Origin: an uncultured Actinomycetes bacterium
GTDB lineage: Bacteria > Actinomycetota > Thermoleophilia > RBG-16-64-13
Direction of reading: 5' to 3'
NCBI GenBank assembly: GCA_963706025.1
Contig: CAVPLM010000005.1
Coordinates: 320,001-384,000, forward strand
Length of the DNA stretch: 64,000 nt
Shown here: positions 21,361 to 30,816 of the stretch, one piece after another
How the letters are laid out: each line of letters opens with the position of its first letter
How positions within the stretch are numbered: position 1 is the stretch's first letter
Position numbers and translations under genes: made by a program
Notes under the pieces: model-generated
Databases searched by the model: none
What the model was told of the DNA's origin: nothing
Seen by the model: the letters and a program-made list of their open reading frames with translations, nothing else

Positions 21361-23853
21361 GTGACCCCTTACTCCTGGCAGTCCGCGACCGGGCTGAGTC
21401 GCGAATTGGACCTGCCTTTGGTGGCGGCCATGGTGCTTGCCGGTCGTGGTTTTGCCGATCCGGCTGAAGCCCGGACCTTCCTGAGCTGCTCTACCCCTCT
21501 ACCTGACCCCTTCCTGTTCGGGCACATGGACCCAGCGGCACGGACCATATCCGACGCCATCGACCGGCAACGGCGGATCGTTGTACACGGTGACTACGAC
21601 GCCGACGGGGTGACGGCCACCGCGCTCATGGTCTTGGGGTTGCGTGGTATGGGGGCGGAGGCCGAATGGTATCTTCCCAGCCGCTTCAAAGAAGGGTACG
21701 GGCTTTCTCGGACCGCGGTCGAGACTATCGCGGCCGGTGGGGAGGCGGTGCTCATCACCGTCGATTGCGGCGTCAACTACCCTGATGAAGTGGCTCTGGC
21801 TAAGGACCTGGGCCTGGAAGTGGTGGTCATAGACCATCACCAGCCCGGCTCTATCCTCCCGGATTGTCATCTCATTCACTCTGCGGTGGGCACGTATCCC
21901 CACGGTGACCTGTGCGGGGTCGGGCTGGCCCTCAAGGTCATGCACGCCCTCCATATTCACCGCGGGTCGGCGCCCGTGGCGACCCTACCCGAGACGCTGC
22001 ATGCGCTGCTCGACCTGGTGGCGATAGGCACCATAGCCGATCTGGCCTCTCTTCGAGGCGAGAACCGCTATTACGTCAGAGAAGGCCTGAAGCTGATCGC
22101 CATCGGTTCCCGGCCGGGCCTGCGGGCTCTCGCTTCGGTGTCCGGGTGCACCGGAGGCATCGATTCAGGTGCGGTGGCATTCCGGTTGGCTCCGAGGCTC
22201 AACGCCGCCGGGCGGCTGGCCGATCCCTCACCGCCGCTCCGTCTGCTGCTCACCGACGACGAGGGAGAAGCGGCGGAGATCGCCGCGCTGCTGCATGAGC
22301 TGAACGGCGCCCGGCAGGACGTGGAGCGAGAGATCTTGGAGCAGGCGGTCGCTCAAGTGGAGGCTTTGGTCGAGCTGCCCGCCGCCCTGGTGCTTGGGGG
22401 AGAGGGATGGCATGAAGGAGTTGTCGGTATCGTCGCGGCTCGGCTGGTGGAGCGATACCATCGTCCCACCATACTCCTGGGGCTCCGGGATGGAGTGGCC
22501 AAGGGCTCGGGCAGGAGCATCCCCAGGTATGATCTGCTGGCTGCGCTGAACGCGTGCGCGGAACACCTGACCGTCTACGGGGGCCACAAACAGGCCGTCG
22601 GTCTCACCCTGGACGCCGGCGCCGTCGATGATTTCCGCCACGCCGTCGAAACGCATGCGGCCGCCGCTCTCGAGGCCCGCGATCTTCGAGGCGTGTACCG
22701 GGCAGACGTCGTGCTGAGGGGTGAGGATGTCAACGCCGACACCGCTACGGCTCTGGCTTCTCTGGGGCCGTTCGGCAGCGGCAATCCTCGTCCCCGTCTG
22801 CTTCTCGTAGAGGCCGGCATCAAGCAGCCAGAGGTTACGCGCACCGGGACGCATCTGCGGTGCCAGGTGGAGATCGACGGAGTCCTCACGCGGGCGATCG
22901 GTTTCGGGATGGGGGAGATAGCCGCCTCACTGCGCGCCGACGGTGAGGGACGGGTGTTAGGGGTTCAGTTTGTAGTCGACGAATGGCAGGGGGCTCTGCG
23001 CCCGCAATTCTTGCTTGAACGCGTGGGAGAGGCCGGCGGGGATGGCGGGAGGCTGTGCGAGTGCGGACCCGGTTGTGCCGACCTGGCAGCGGCGGGAGTC
23101 GGGCCGCGGGGAGCGGACCTCTTCCTGGAGCCGGGCCATGCCTCGCCCATGCCGGCCGTGCCTCAGACGAGGGACCTGAGGGATCGGCCCGGCCGGACGG
23201 GAGCGATCGCCCAGGTGGTCGGCAGCAGCGAGCGGACGGTCATTCTCACCTGTTCCATCCCGCATGCGTCGCGGGTTGGATTGGGGCGCCTGCCCCTTGA
23301 GCAACTGAGTGGGGGTGCGGTCGACTGTGTGGGAAGAGCATGCCGGTTGCGGGACAAGGATCGCATCTCGTCGGCCAATCTGGTCGTGGCGGAATGGGAC
23401 GCGGCGGCGCGCACCCCCGCGCTTGTGGCGGGGAGGGTCCACGTGATCGCTGCCGATCCACCTTACCGGAGGCACCACGTGACCTTGCTGCACCGCCTGG
23501 CCGAGGAAGGCGCTCTTGTCCACCTTTACTACGGGGAAGAAGAGCGACGCGCCACGGCGTCGCTCCTCCGCTACCTGGTCCACCCGCGGTTCGCGATGGT
23601 CTGTCTTTACCGGGCCATGGCCGACGATGCCGATCCCGATACGCTCATGGAGAGAGCCGCGGAACTCGGCCGGCTGGAGGCCGGTGTCGTTCTCGGGCCC
23701 GAGGAGTTGTTCCGGGCCCAATCGATGCTCAGAGAGCTGGGTATCGAACGTCCCGGCACCGGAGAGGCTAGAATAGAAGCCAAGCGCATCCCCGCGTATG
23801 TCGCGGCGGAAGCGGAGTACGAGGAGTGTTCGAGACTTTGCCAGACCCTCTGA
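21361..23853 (+). CDS. recJ: ssDNA exonuclease RecJ with long C-terminal extension
   Basis: GDYDADG, TVDCG, IDHH, PRLNAAGR, GSGRS, GGH. Start uncertain. Confidence 0.92.
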   Translation: MTPYSWQSATGLSRELDLPLVAAMVLAGRGFADPAEARTFLSCSTPLPDPFLFGHMDPAARTISDAIDRQRRIVVHGDYDADGVTATALMVLGLRGMGAEAEWYLPSRFKEGYGLSRTAVETIAAGGEAVLITVDCGVNYPDEVALAKDLGLEVVVIDHHQPGSILPDCHLIHSAVGTYPHGDLCGVGLALKVMHALHIHRGSAPVATLPETLHALLDLVAIGTIADLASLRGENRYYVREGLKLIAIGSRPGLRALASVSGCTGGIDSGAVAFRLAPRLNAAGRLADPSPPLRLLLTDDEGEAAEIAALLHELNGARQDVEREILEQAVAQVEALVELPAALVLGGEGWHEGVVGIVAARLVERYHRPTILLGLRDGVAKGSGRSIPRYDLLAALNACAEHLTVYGGHKQAVGLTLDAGAVDDFRHAVETHAAAALEARDLRGVYRADVVLRGEDVNADTATALASLGPFGSGNPRPRLLLVEAGIKQPEVTRTGTHLRCQVEIDGVLTRAIGFGMGEIAASLRADGEGRVLGVQFVVDEWQGALRPQFLLERVGEAGGDGGRLCECGPGCADLAAAGVGPRGADLFLEPGHASPMPAVPQTRDLRDRPGRTGAIAQVVGSSERTVILTCSIPHASRVGLGRLPLEQLSGGAVDCVGRACRLRDKDRISSANLVVAEWDAAARTPALVAGRVHVIAADPPYRRHHVTLLHRLAEEGALVHLYYGEEERRATASLLRYLVHPRFAMVCLYRAMADDADPDTLMERAAELGRLEAGVVLGPEELFRAQSMLRELGIERPGTGEARIEAKRIPAYVAAEAEYEECSRLCQTL

Positions 23854-26108
23854 AGACCACTCGGCCCACAGCGCGTCGGAAGGAAGCACCTGCTGCCCAA
23901 CTCGAGGACCTAGAGGCTCAGCAGCAGGCCCTGCTTGACGGTCTTCTGCATAAGGTCGAGCAGTACAACCCGGCCTTCGACCGGGAACTCCTGACGCGGG
24001 CCTTCGCAGTAGCGGCCTCTCAGCACCACGCTCAACTAAGGGCCAGCGGCGAGGCCTACCTCAACCACCCGGTCGGGACCGCTGACGTCTGCGCCGACCT
24101 CAGGCTCGACTCGGCCACTCTGGCGGCCGCCCTACTGCACGACGTGGTCGAAGACACCGGGATGTCCATCGAGGCGGTGCGCGAGCAGTTCGGCGACGAG
24201 GTGGCCTTGCTGGTCGACGGCGTCACCAAGTTGTCGCAGATTTCGTTCCGGACCGTGGAAGAAGAGCAGGCGGAGAACATCCGCAAGATGATCATCGCCA
24301 TGGCCAAGGATATCCGTGTCATCCTCATCAAGCTGGCCGACAGGCTGCACAACATGCGTACCCTGGGGTATCTGGGCAAGGAGAAACAGATCCAAAAGGC
24401 CAGAGAAACCCTCGAGGTATACGCGCCCCTGGCCCACCGGCTCGGTATCGAATCGGTGCGATGGGAATTGGAGGACCTCTCTTTTGCCACCTTGCACCCG
24501 CGGAAGTATGCGGAGGTGCAGCGTATGGTCTCTCAGAGGAGAGCCGACCGGGAGCGCGACATCGATGAGGCTCGGGCGATCCTTGACAGGGAGCTGGCAG
24601 CGGTGAGTATCGAGGCCGAGATCTCGGGCCGGGCCAAGCATTTCTATTCCATCTACGACAAGATGGTGCGTAAGGGCAAAGAGTTCAACGAGATACTCGA
24701 TCTCACCGCGCTCAGAGTCCTGGTCGATTCCGTGAAGGACTGTTACGCGGCGTTGGGAGTGATCCACTCTCTGTGGAAGCCGCTGCCGGGGCGGTTCAAG
24801 GACTACGTGGCCATGCCCAAGTTCAATATGTACCAGTCTCTGCACACCACGGTGATAGGTCCCCAGGGCAAGCCACTGGAGATCCAGATACGGACCTACG
24901 ATATGCATGAGACGGCGCAATACGGCATCGCCGCGCATTGGGTGTACAAGGAAAAGCCGGGGCGAGGGGGACAGCGGGAGGCCGCCCAGTTGGAAAGACT
25001 CCAATGGCTCCGGCAGATCATGGACTGGCAGTCGGAGACCAAGGACTCAGGCGAGTTCATGGAGTCGCTGCGCGTCGACCTGTTTCAGGACGAGGTCTAC
25101 GTGTTCACCCCCAAGGGAGAAGTCAAGAGCCTTCCCGCCGGTTCCACGCCGGTCGACTTCGCCTATGCCATCCACACCGATGTAGGGCATCGCTGCATCG
25201 GGGCCAAGGTCGATGGCCGCATCGTTCCGCTCACCTATAGGCTTCAGTCGGGCGACATCGTGGAGATCCTCACCTCCAAAACGGCGCAGGGGCCCTCGCG
25301 GGACTGGCTGCAGTTCGTGGAGAGCTCGGGGGCCCGCAACAAGATCCGCCAGTGGTTCAAGAGGGAACGCAGAGAGGACGCCGAGCACCTGGGACGGGAG
25401 GCGCTCCTGGAGGCGTTCCGCAAGCAGGGACTCCCGGCGCAGCGGCTGATAGGTTCCGATCTCCTCGCCGAGGTCATGCGGGAGACGAACCATCCCAAGA
25501 GAGAAGATTTCTTCATCGCGGTCGGCTCGGGAAAGATCAGCCCTCAGCACGTGGTCACGAGGGTCATTCAAAGCCTGCATGGGGAGGGAGAAGGGGCGGC
25601 GGTCCTATCGGTCCCGGGGACTGTCTCCAAGGGTGCCAAGGATATTCCCTCATCCAGCCAACTGGGCATCCAGGTCGACGGCATCGAAGATGTGGCCATC
25701 CGCATACCCCAGTGCTGCCGCCCCGTGCCAGGTGATGACATCGTCGGCTATATCTCTCTGGGCCGTGGGATCACGATCCATCGGCGAGACTGTCCCAACG
25801 TGAAGGCGCTGGAGAAAACTCCCGAGCGGTTCACCTCGGTGCACTGGGACACCCAGGCCAGAACGCCCCTGCGCGTGGAGATACAAGTGGAGGCCTACGA
25901 TCGAAACCACCTGCTCGAGGACATATCCCGCACTCTCAGCGAGAGCGGCGTCAGCATCATAGCCGCGCAGGTTTTCACCGCGCGCAACAACATGGTGAAA
26001 GACCGCTTCGTGTTCGATGTACCCGAGATCGACTACCTGGAGACGGTCCTACAGCGCATCCGCCGCATCGACACGGTGTACGACGCCTATCGAGTCACGC
26101 CCCATTGA
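23826..26108 (+). CDS. rel: Bifunctional (p)ppGpp synthetase/hydrolase Rel
   Basis: LHDVVED, KLADRLHN, YQSLHT, TGS and ACT domains. Confidence 0.96.
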   Translation: MFETLPDPLKTTRPTARRKEAPAAQLEDLEAQQQALLDGLLHKVEQYNPAFDRELLTRAFAVAASQHHAQLRASGEAYLNHPVGTADVCADLRLDSATLAAALLHDVVEDTGMSIEAVREQFGDEVALLVDGVTKLSQISFRTVEEEQAENIRKMIIAMAKDIRVILIKLADRLHNMRTLGYLGKEKQIQKARETLEVYAPLAHRLGIESVRWELEDLSFATLHPRKYAEVQRMVSQRRADRERDIDEARAILDRELAAVSIEAEISGRAKHFYSIYDKMVRKGKEFNEILDLTALRVLVDSVKDCYAALGVIHSLWKPLPGRFKDYVAMPKFNMYQSLHTTVIGPQGKPLEIQIRTYDMHETAQYGIAAHWVYKEKPGRGGQREAAQLERLQWLRQIMDWQSETKDSGEFMESLRVDLFQDEVYVFTPKGEVKSLPAGSTPVDFAYAIHTDVGHRCIGAKVDGRIVPLTYRLQSGDIVEILTSKTAQGPSRDWLQFVESSGARNKIRQWFKRERREDAEHLGREALLEAFRKQGLPAQRLIGSDLLAEVMRETNHPKREDFFIAVGSGKISPQHVVTRVIQSLHGEGEGAAVLSVPGTVSKGAKDIPSSSQLGIQVDGIEDVAIRIPQCCRPVPGDDIVGYISLGRGITIHRRDCPNVKALEKTPERFTSVHWDTQARTPLRVEIQVEAYDRNHLLEDISRTLSESGVSIIAAQVFTARNNMVKDRFVFDVPEIDYLETVLQRIRRIDTVYDAYRVTPH

Positions 26109-26143
26109 CAGGGGGCGTCCGGAATCCTCGCCCCTCCACCCTC

Positions 26144-26152
26144 TGGTAGAAT
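26144..26152 (+). promoter_or_regulatory. Extended -10 promoter for MBL-hisS-aspS
   Basis: TG-G-TAGAAT. Confidence 0.45.
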
Positions 26153-26222
26153 TGCAGGCCATGGGCTGAGGCTGCGTTCATCCTCCGCCGCCATCCCGGG
26201 GACATTCGGAAAGAGATCGTTC

Positions 26223-26858
26223 ATGAACATAGTCTGTGCGCCCGTGGGGCCGCTGCAAGCGAACTGCTACCTAATCTGGGACGATTCCCGGCAGGCGTGT
26301 GCGATCGATCCAGGAGGAGAGCCTGAGAGTCTGGTGAGCATCATTGCTCGGGAAGGACTGACTCTGCGATACATCCTGGTCACCCACGGACACTTCGATC
26401 ACGTTGACGGGGTACACGGTCTGGCGGCGGCGAGTGGAGCCCGCGTGTGTTGCTCGGCCTCGGTCGCCCCGGTGCTCACCGGCTCCGAGGGGTGCGCGGC
26501 TACCGGATACCCCGTCCCGGGCACCGACCCGGAAATGATCGAGATCGTCGACGAGGATAGTGATCTGTCCGTGGGAGAGCTCACTATCACGGTGATCGCC
26601 ACTCCCGGCCACACGCCCGGTGACCTCACGTTCGAGATCGGCGGGCATCTCTTCTGCGGCGATCTCCTGTTCTTCCGCTCGGTCGGCCGCACCGATTTCC
26701 CCGGCGGCGACTTCGCCGAGCTGCTGGCCTCCGTCGGCAAGCTGGCCGGCTCTTATCCGGGCTCCACTCCGGTGCACCCCGGTCACATGCAGTCGACCAC
26801 TTTGGGAGAAGAGCTGGCTCACAACCCGTTTCTCGGTGGACTCAAGATCCATGGCTGA
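26223..26858 (+). CDS. MBL-fold metallo-hydrolase (glyoxalase II-like)
   Basis: THGHFDH, TPGHTPG, GRTDFPGG, PGH. Confidence 0.9.
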   Translation: MNIVCAPVGPLQANCYLIWDDSRQACAIDPGGEPESLVSIIAREGLTLRYILVTHGHFDHVDGVHGLAAASGARVCCSASVAPVLTGSEGCAATGYPVPGTDPEMIEIVDEDSDLSVGELTITVIATPGHTPGDLTFEIGGHLFCGDLLFFRSVGRTDFPGGDFAELLASVGKLAGSYPGSTPVHPGHMQSTTLGEELAHNPFLGGLKIHG

Positions 26859-28167
26859 ATCCATCAGCGCGCCCAAGGGGACCTATGACATCCTCCCCGA
26901 GCAGCAACCACTGCGCCGCTGGGTCGTCTCCTGTGCCGAGCGCGTTTTTCAGCGATATGCATACCGCCGCATAGACACGCCGACCTTTGAGGAAACACGG
27001 CTGTTCACGCGGGGCGTGGGGGAGTCGACCGACATAGTGCGCAAGGAGATGTACACGTTCGAAGACCTGGGCGGACGTAGCATGACCCTGCGTCCCGAAG
27101 GGACCGCCCCGGTGGCCCGGGCGTATGCCGAGCACGGGATGCATACGCTCCCCCAACCCGTTAAGCTCTATTACCACAGTCCCATGTTCCGCTACGAGAG
27201 CCCGCAGTCGGGTCGGTATCGCCAACACTACCAACTCGGGGTGGAGGCCTTCGGTTCTGAGGCGCCGGAGTTGGACGCCGAGGTCATCGGAGTCCTGGCC
27301 GCTCTCTATCGGGAAGTAGGGCTCACAAGCCTGGAGCTCAGCCTCAATTCGATGGGGTGCTCCATCTGCCGGCCTCCCTACGCGGCCGCCTTACGGGTGT
27401 TCCTGGCGGAAAAGGCTGGTGAGTTGTGCACAGAATGTGGAGATCGAGCCGATCTGAACCCCATGCGGACGTTCGACTGCAAGCTCGCCTCGTGCCGGGC
27501 GGCTCTGGCGGCAGCACCGAGGCTTGCCGATCACCTTTGCTCCGCGTGTAGCCATCACTACCGGCGGGTGCAGGAATGCCTGGAGATGCAGGACATCTCT
27601 TTCATTCAGGATCACACCCTCGTTCGCGGTCTGGACTACTACACCCGGACCACGTTCGAATTTCGATCCCCGGTGCTGGGGGCCCAATCCGGAGTTGGTG
27701 GGGGAGGCCGGTACGACCATCTCGTTGAGGCCATAGGCGGACCTGCTGTTCCAGGGGTAGGGTTCGGCACTGGAGTAGAACGTATCGTCTTAGCGCTTAC
27801 CCGGTCCGGCGTCGAGTTCCCCCAGCCGCCGTCACCTACGGCCTATCTGGTGGCCATGACGCCCGCCGCCCGCGATGAGGTTTTTGTGCTGGCGCACGAG
27901 GTCCGGACTCGTGGTGGCGCGGTGGACTTCGACCATATGGATAGGAGCGCCAAAGGGCAGATGAAGCAGGCCGGGCGCAGCGGGGCACGATACGCGTTCA
28001 TACTGGGTGAGAAGGAACTCGCAGACCGGGTGGTGACCGTCCGGGACCTGTCGACGGGTGAAGAACGCTCCGTGTCGCGAACGGACGTCGTCGAACTGGC
28101 GATGCGCGACGCGACAACCCTCGAATCGATTGACACTGAGACTCCGGAAGAAGAGGACCAGCATTGA
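26851..28167 (+). CDS. hisS: Histidine-tRNA ligase
   Basis: LRPEGTA, RGLDYY, GGGRYD. ATG 26851. Confidence 0.96.
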   Translation: MAESISAPKGTYDILPEQQPLRRWVVSCAERVFQRYAYRRIDTPTFEETRLFTRGVGESTDIVRKEMYTFEDLGGRSMTLRPEGTAPVARAYAEHGMHTLPQPVKLYYHSPMFRYESPQSGRYRQHYQLGVEAFGSEAPELDAEVIGVLAALYREVGLTSLELSLNSMGCSICRPPYAAALRVFLAEKAGELCTECGDRADLNPMRTFDCKLASCRAALAAAPRLADHLCSACSHHYRRVQECLEMQDISFIQDHTLVRGLDYYTRTTFEFRSPVLGAQSGVGGGGRYDHLVEAIGGPAVPGVGFGTGVERIVLALTRSGVEFPQPPSPTAYLVAMTPAARDEVFVLAHEVRTRGGAVDFDHMDRSAKGQMKQAGRSGARYAFILGEKELADRVVTVRDLSTGEERSVSRTDVVELAMRDATTLESIDTETPEEEDQH

Positions 28168-29918
28168 GATACAGGGACGAGTGGTGCGGGAACCTCACCG
28201 CGGAGGACGTGGGCCGGCAGGTGAAGGTGGCCGGCTGGGTCCAACGCTACCGGGATCATGGCGGGTTGATCTTCGTAGACCTGCGAGACCGGACCGGGCT
28301 GGTGCAGCTGGTGTTCGAGGCCGAAAAGAGATCGGCGCTGCATGAGCAGGCGCGCGAGCTACGAGGTGAGTTCGTGGTGTCGGCCGCCGGCGCAGTGGTG
28401 GCCCGGGCGCCGGAGCGCGTGAATCCCAGCCTGGCCACGGGTTCGGTGGAGATCGTGGTCGAGGCTTTGGAGATCCTGGCAGCGGCTAGTACGCCGCCGT
28501 TCTTCCCCGATGACGATCTTGAAGTGGACGAGACTCTCCGGCTCAAGTACCGGTACATCGACCTGCGCCGTCCCCGCATGTATGGCAACCTCCTCCTGCG
28601 CCACCGGGTAGTGCAGGCCGTCCGGCGGTATCTGGGGGAGCAGGGGTTCATCGACGTGGAGACTCCCATCCTGACCAAGAGCACTCCTGAAGGCGCTCGG
28701 GACTTCCTGGTGCCCAGCCGCCTTCAGCCCGGAGAGTTCTACGCGCTCCCTCAGTCGCCCCAGTTGTTCAAACAGCTGCTGATGATCGCCGGCTTCGAAC
28801 GCTACTACCAGATAGCCCGGGCCTTCCGCGATGAGGATCTGCGGGCCGACCGGCAGCCGGAACACACCCAGATCGACCTGGAAATGAGCTTCATAGAGGA
28901 GCAGGACATACAGGAGGTCGTGGAGGGTGCTTTCGCGGCTGCGTTCAGGGACACGCTTGGCGTCGAGGTAGACAGGCCGTTCCCGCGGCTCACGTATGCT
29001 GAAGCGATGGCCGGCTACGGCAGCGACAAGCCGGACCTTAGATTCGGTATGAAGATAGTGGACGTGAGCGCCATCGCGTCGCAGGTCGACTTCCGGGTGT
29101 TCGCCGACACGGTGGCAGGCGGCGGGGTGGTGCGGGGGATCAAGGCCGAGGGAGGGGGACACTTCTCCCGCAAGGACGTCGACCAACTGGCGGCTCAAGC
29201 GGCCGTGTTCGGCGCCCAAGGGGTGCTCCCCCTATGGATCGAGGAGGGGGGCGTGCGCTCGCCCTTGCAGAAGTTCATCGGCCCCGAGCAGATGAAGGAG
29301 TTGATCGATACTCTGGACGGCCACGCCGGCGACCTCCTGCTCTTGGTCGCCGGACCCACGTCGGTCGTGGAACCCAGCCTCGGGGCCTTGCGGCTCGCCC
29401 TGGCGGATCAGCTGGGGGTCGAGCGCAAGGGCTGGGCCTTCGCCTGGGTACTCGATTTCCCCATGTTCGAGTACGATCAGAAGGAACAACGCCTCAAAGC
29501 CCAACACCATCCCTTCACCAAGCCCAGGCTGGAGAGTCTGGCGGATCTGAAGGAGAAGCCTCTGGAATTGGGCACCTACGCCTATGACCTGGTGCTGAAC
29601 GGTGTGGAGCTCGGCAGCGGCTCGCTTCGCATCTCCGACCCGGAGATGCAGGAGGCGGTGTTCGAGGCCCTGGGGCTCGACGAAGACGCCATCAAGGCTA
29701 AGTTCGGCTTCCTGGTGGAAGCCATGGCCTACGGCATCCCACCTCACGGCGGCATCGGGCTGGGTCTGGACCGCGCGGTGATGCTGATGGCGGGGGAATC
29801 CTCCATTCGGGACGTCATAGCCTTCCCCAAGACGCAGAGTGGCTCGTGCCCGCTGACGGACGCTCCTTCCAAGGTGGCGCTCGACCAGTTGCGGGAGCTC
29901 CGTATTCGGACCGTCTGA
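28164..29918 (+). CDS. aspS: Aspartate-tRNA ligase (possibly non-discriminating Asp/Asn)
   Basis: RDHGG, PEGARDF, LPQSPQLFKQ, FRDED, PPHGG. Confidence 0.96.
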   Translation: MRYRDEWCGNLTAEDVGRQVKVAGWVQRYRDHGGLIFVDLRDRTGLVQLVFEAEKRSALHEQARELRGEFVVSAAGAVVARAPERVNPSLATGSVEIVVEALEILAAASTPPFFPDDDLEVDETLRLKYRYIDLRRPRMYGNLLLRHRVVQAVRRYLGEQGFIDVETPILTKSTPEGARDFLVPSRLQPGEFYALPQSPQLFKQLLMIAGFERYYQIARAFRDEDLRADRQPEHTQIDLEMSFIEEQDIQEVVEGAFAAAFRDTLGVEVDRPFPRLTYAEAMAGYGSDKPDLRFGMKIVDVSAIASQVDFRVFADTVAGGGVVRGIKAEGGGHFSRKDVDQLAAQAAVFGAQGVLPLWIEEGGVRSPLQKFIGPEQMKELIDTLDGHAGDLLLLVAGPTSVVEPSLGALRLALADQLGVERKGWAFAWVLDFPMFEYDQKEQRLKAQHHPFTKPRLESLADLKEKPLELGTYAYDLVLNGVELGSGSLRISDPEMQEAVFEALGLDEDAIKAKFGFLVEAMAYGIPPHGGIGLGLDRAVMLMAGESSIRDVIAFPKTQSGSCPLTDAPSKVALDQLRELRIRTV

Positions 29919-30027
29919 AGCGACGCCTGAGCGACGGCGGCACCTCGTGACCCTCAAGGCGGGGGCTTCTGTTGCCGACAACGGTCTTAGGAGGTGCCTG
30001 TAGCAGAGTGCCGGTGGCGTTAGCTCA

Positions 30028-30056
30028 TTGCCCGGCAAAGGGCCGTGTGCTAACCT
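30028..30056 (+). promoter_or_regulatory. Sigma-A promoter of the 6S RNA
   Basis: TTGCCC-N17-TAACCT with extended TG. Confidence 0.7.
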
Positions 30057-30060
30057 CGTG

Positions 30061-30213
30061 GTGCTCGACCTTGTGCGTGATCTGGCCCAAACTTGAGCCA
30101 ACACACTTTGCTCGGGAGGCTTGTTCGCCTGAACGGCGTATTACCTTTCAGGGGCGGTCACCCACCTGCTTCGGCAGGTTCAAGCGCCTGTCAGACACGG
30201 CAAGGTGGAGCAT
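30061..30213 (+). ncRNA. ssrS: 6S RNA
   Basis: 5' GTGCTCGACCTTGTGCGTGATCTGGC pairs with 3' GTCAGACACGGCAAGGTGGAGCAT. CTTGAGCC/GGTTCAAG helix flanks a central bubble. GGGAG/CACCC closes a terminal arm. Located downstream of aspS. Confidence 0.85.
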
Positions 30214-30233
30214 TCTTCTTAGGAAGGGAAGAG

Positions 30234-30743
30234 ATGTTCAGACGAGGCACATATCTGATCGTGGTCTTGCTGCTGTTGGCCTGGGCAGCGGTTGTCGTAG
30301 CAGGGTGCAGTGGGGAGGAGGAGACCACCACCTCTATAGGTCAGGCCGTCACCGCCACCGTTCCGACAGGCGGGTCGGGGGGCAGCGCGAAGGATGTGCT
30401 GGGCAAGCCGCTTGAGACCACCGACTCCACCCCCGTCGAATACACCGAGGCCGTCGAACAGGGACGGCCCGTGGTGCTTCTGTTCTACGTGCCGGGGAGC
30501 ACCGATGACGTTCAGGTCCTGGAGAGCTTGACCACGCTGCAGGCGGATTTCGAAGAGTATGTCTTCCTGCTCTACGACTACAGTAGGCCGAGTGCCTACG
30601 GCGACCTGCCAACGCTGCTCGAAGTGAACTATCCCCCTGAGCTCGTGCTGGTAGACGGACTGGGTATCCCCAGGGAGATCTGGAACGGCTTCGTCGACGA
30701 AGGCACCATCAACCAGGGTCTGGTGAATCTGGGGCAGATCTGA
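30234..30743 (+). CDS. Lipoprotein with thioredoxin-like fold lacking CxxC
   Basis: Signal peptide with lipobox VAGC and a Thr-rich linker. VVLLFYVPGSTDD and YPPELVLVD resemble the Trx core. Confidence 0.65.
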   Translation: MFRRGTYLIVVLLLLAWAAVVVAGCSGEEETTTSIGQAVTATVPTGGSGGSAKDVLGKPLETTDSTPVEYTEAVEQGRPVVLLFYVPGSTDDVQVLESLTTLQADFEEYVFLLYDYSRPSAYGDLPTLLEVNYPPELVLVDGLGIPREIWNGFVDEGTINQGLVNLGQI

Positions 30744-30771
30744 CCCTCTCTGTGGTAATCGAGATCGAAGC

Positions 30772-30795
30772 GAGGGCCGGGTCGTTCCGGCCCTC
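30772..30795 (+). terminator. GC-rich hairpin
   Basis: GAGGGCCGG-GTCGTT-CCGGCCCTC. Confidence 0.4.
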
Positions 30796-30816
30796 AGTGC
30801 AATGTGAGACACGCGC

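Noticed and set aside
30093-30233. N-terminal extension of the lipoprotein ORF
   Set aside because: Overlaps the 6S RNA. The signal peptide begins at ATG 30234.
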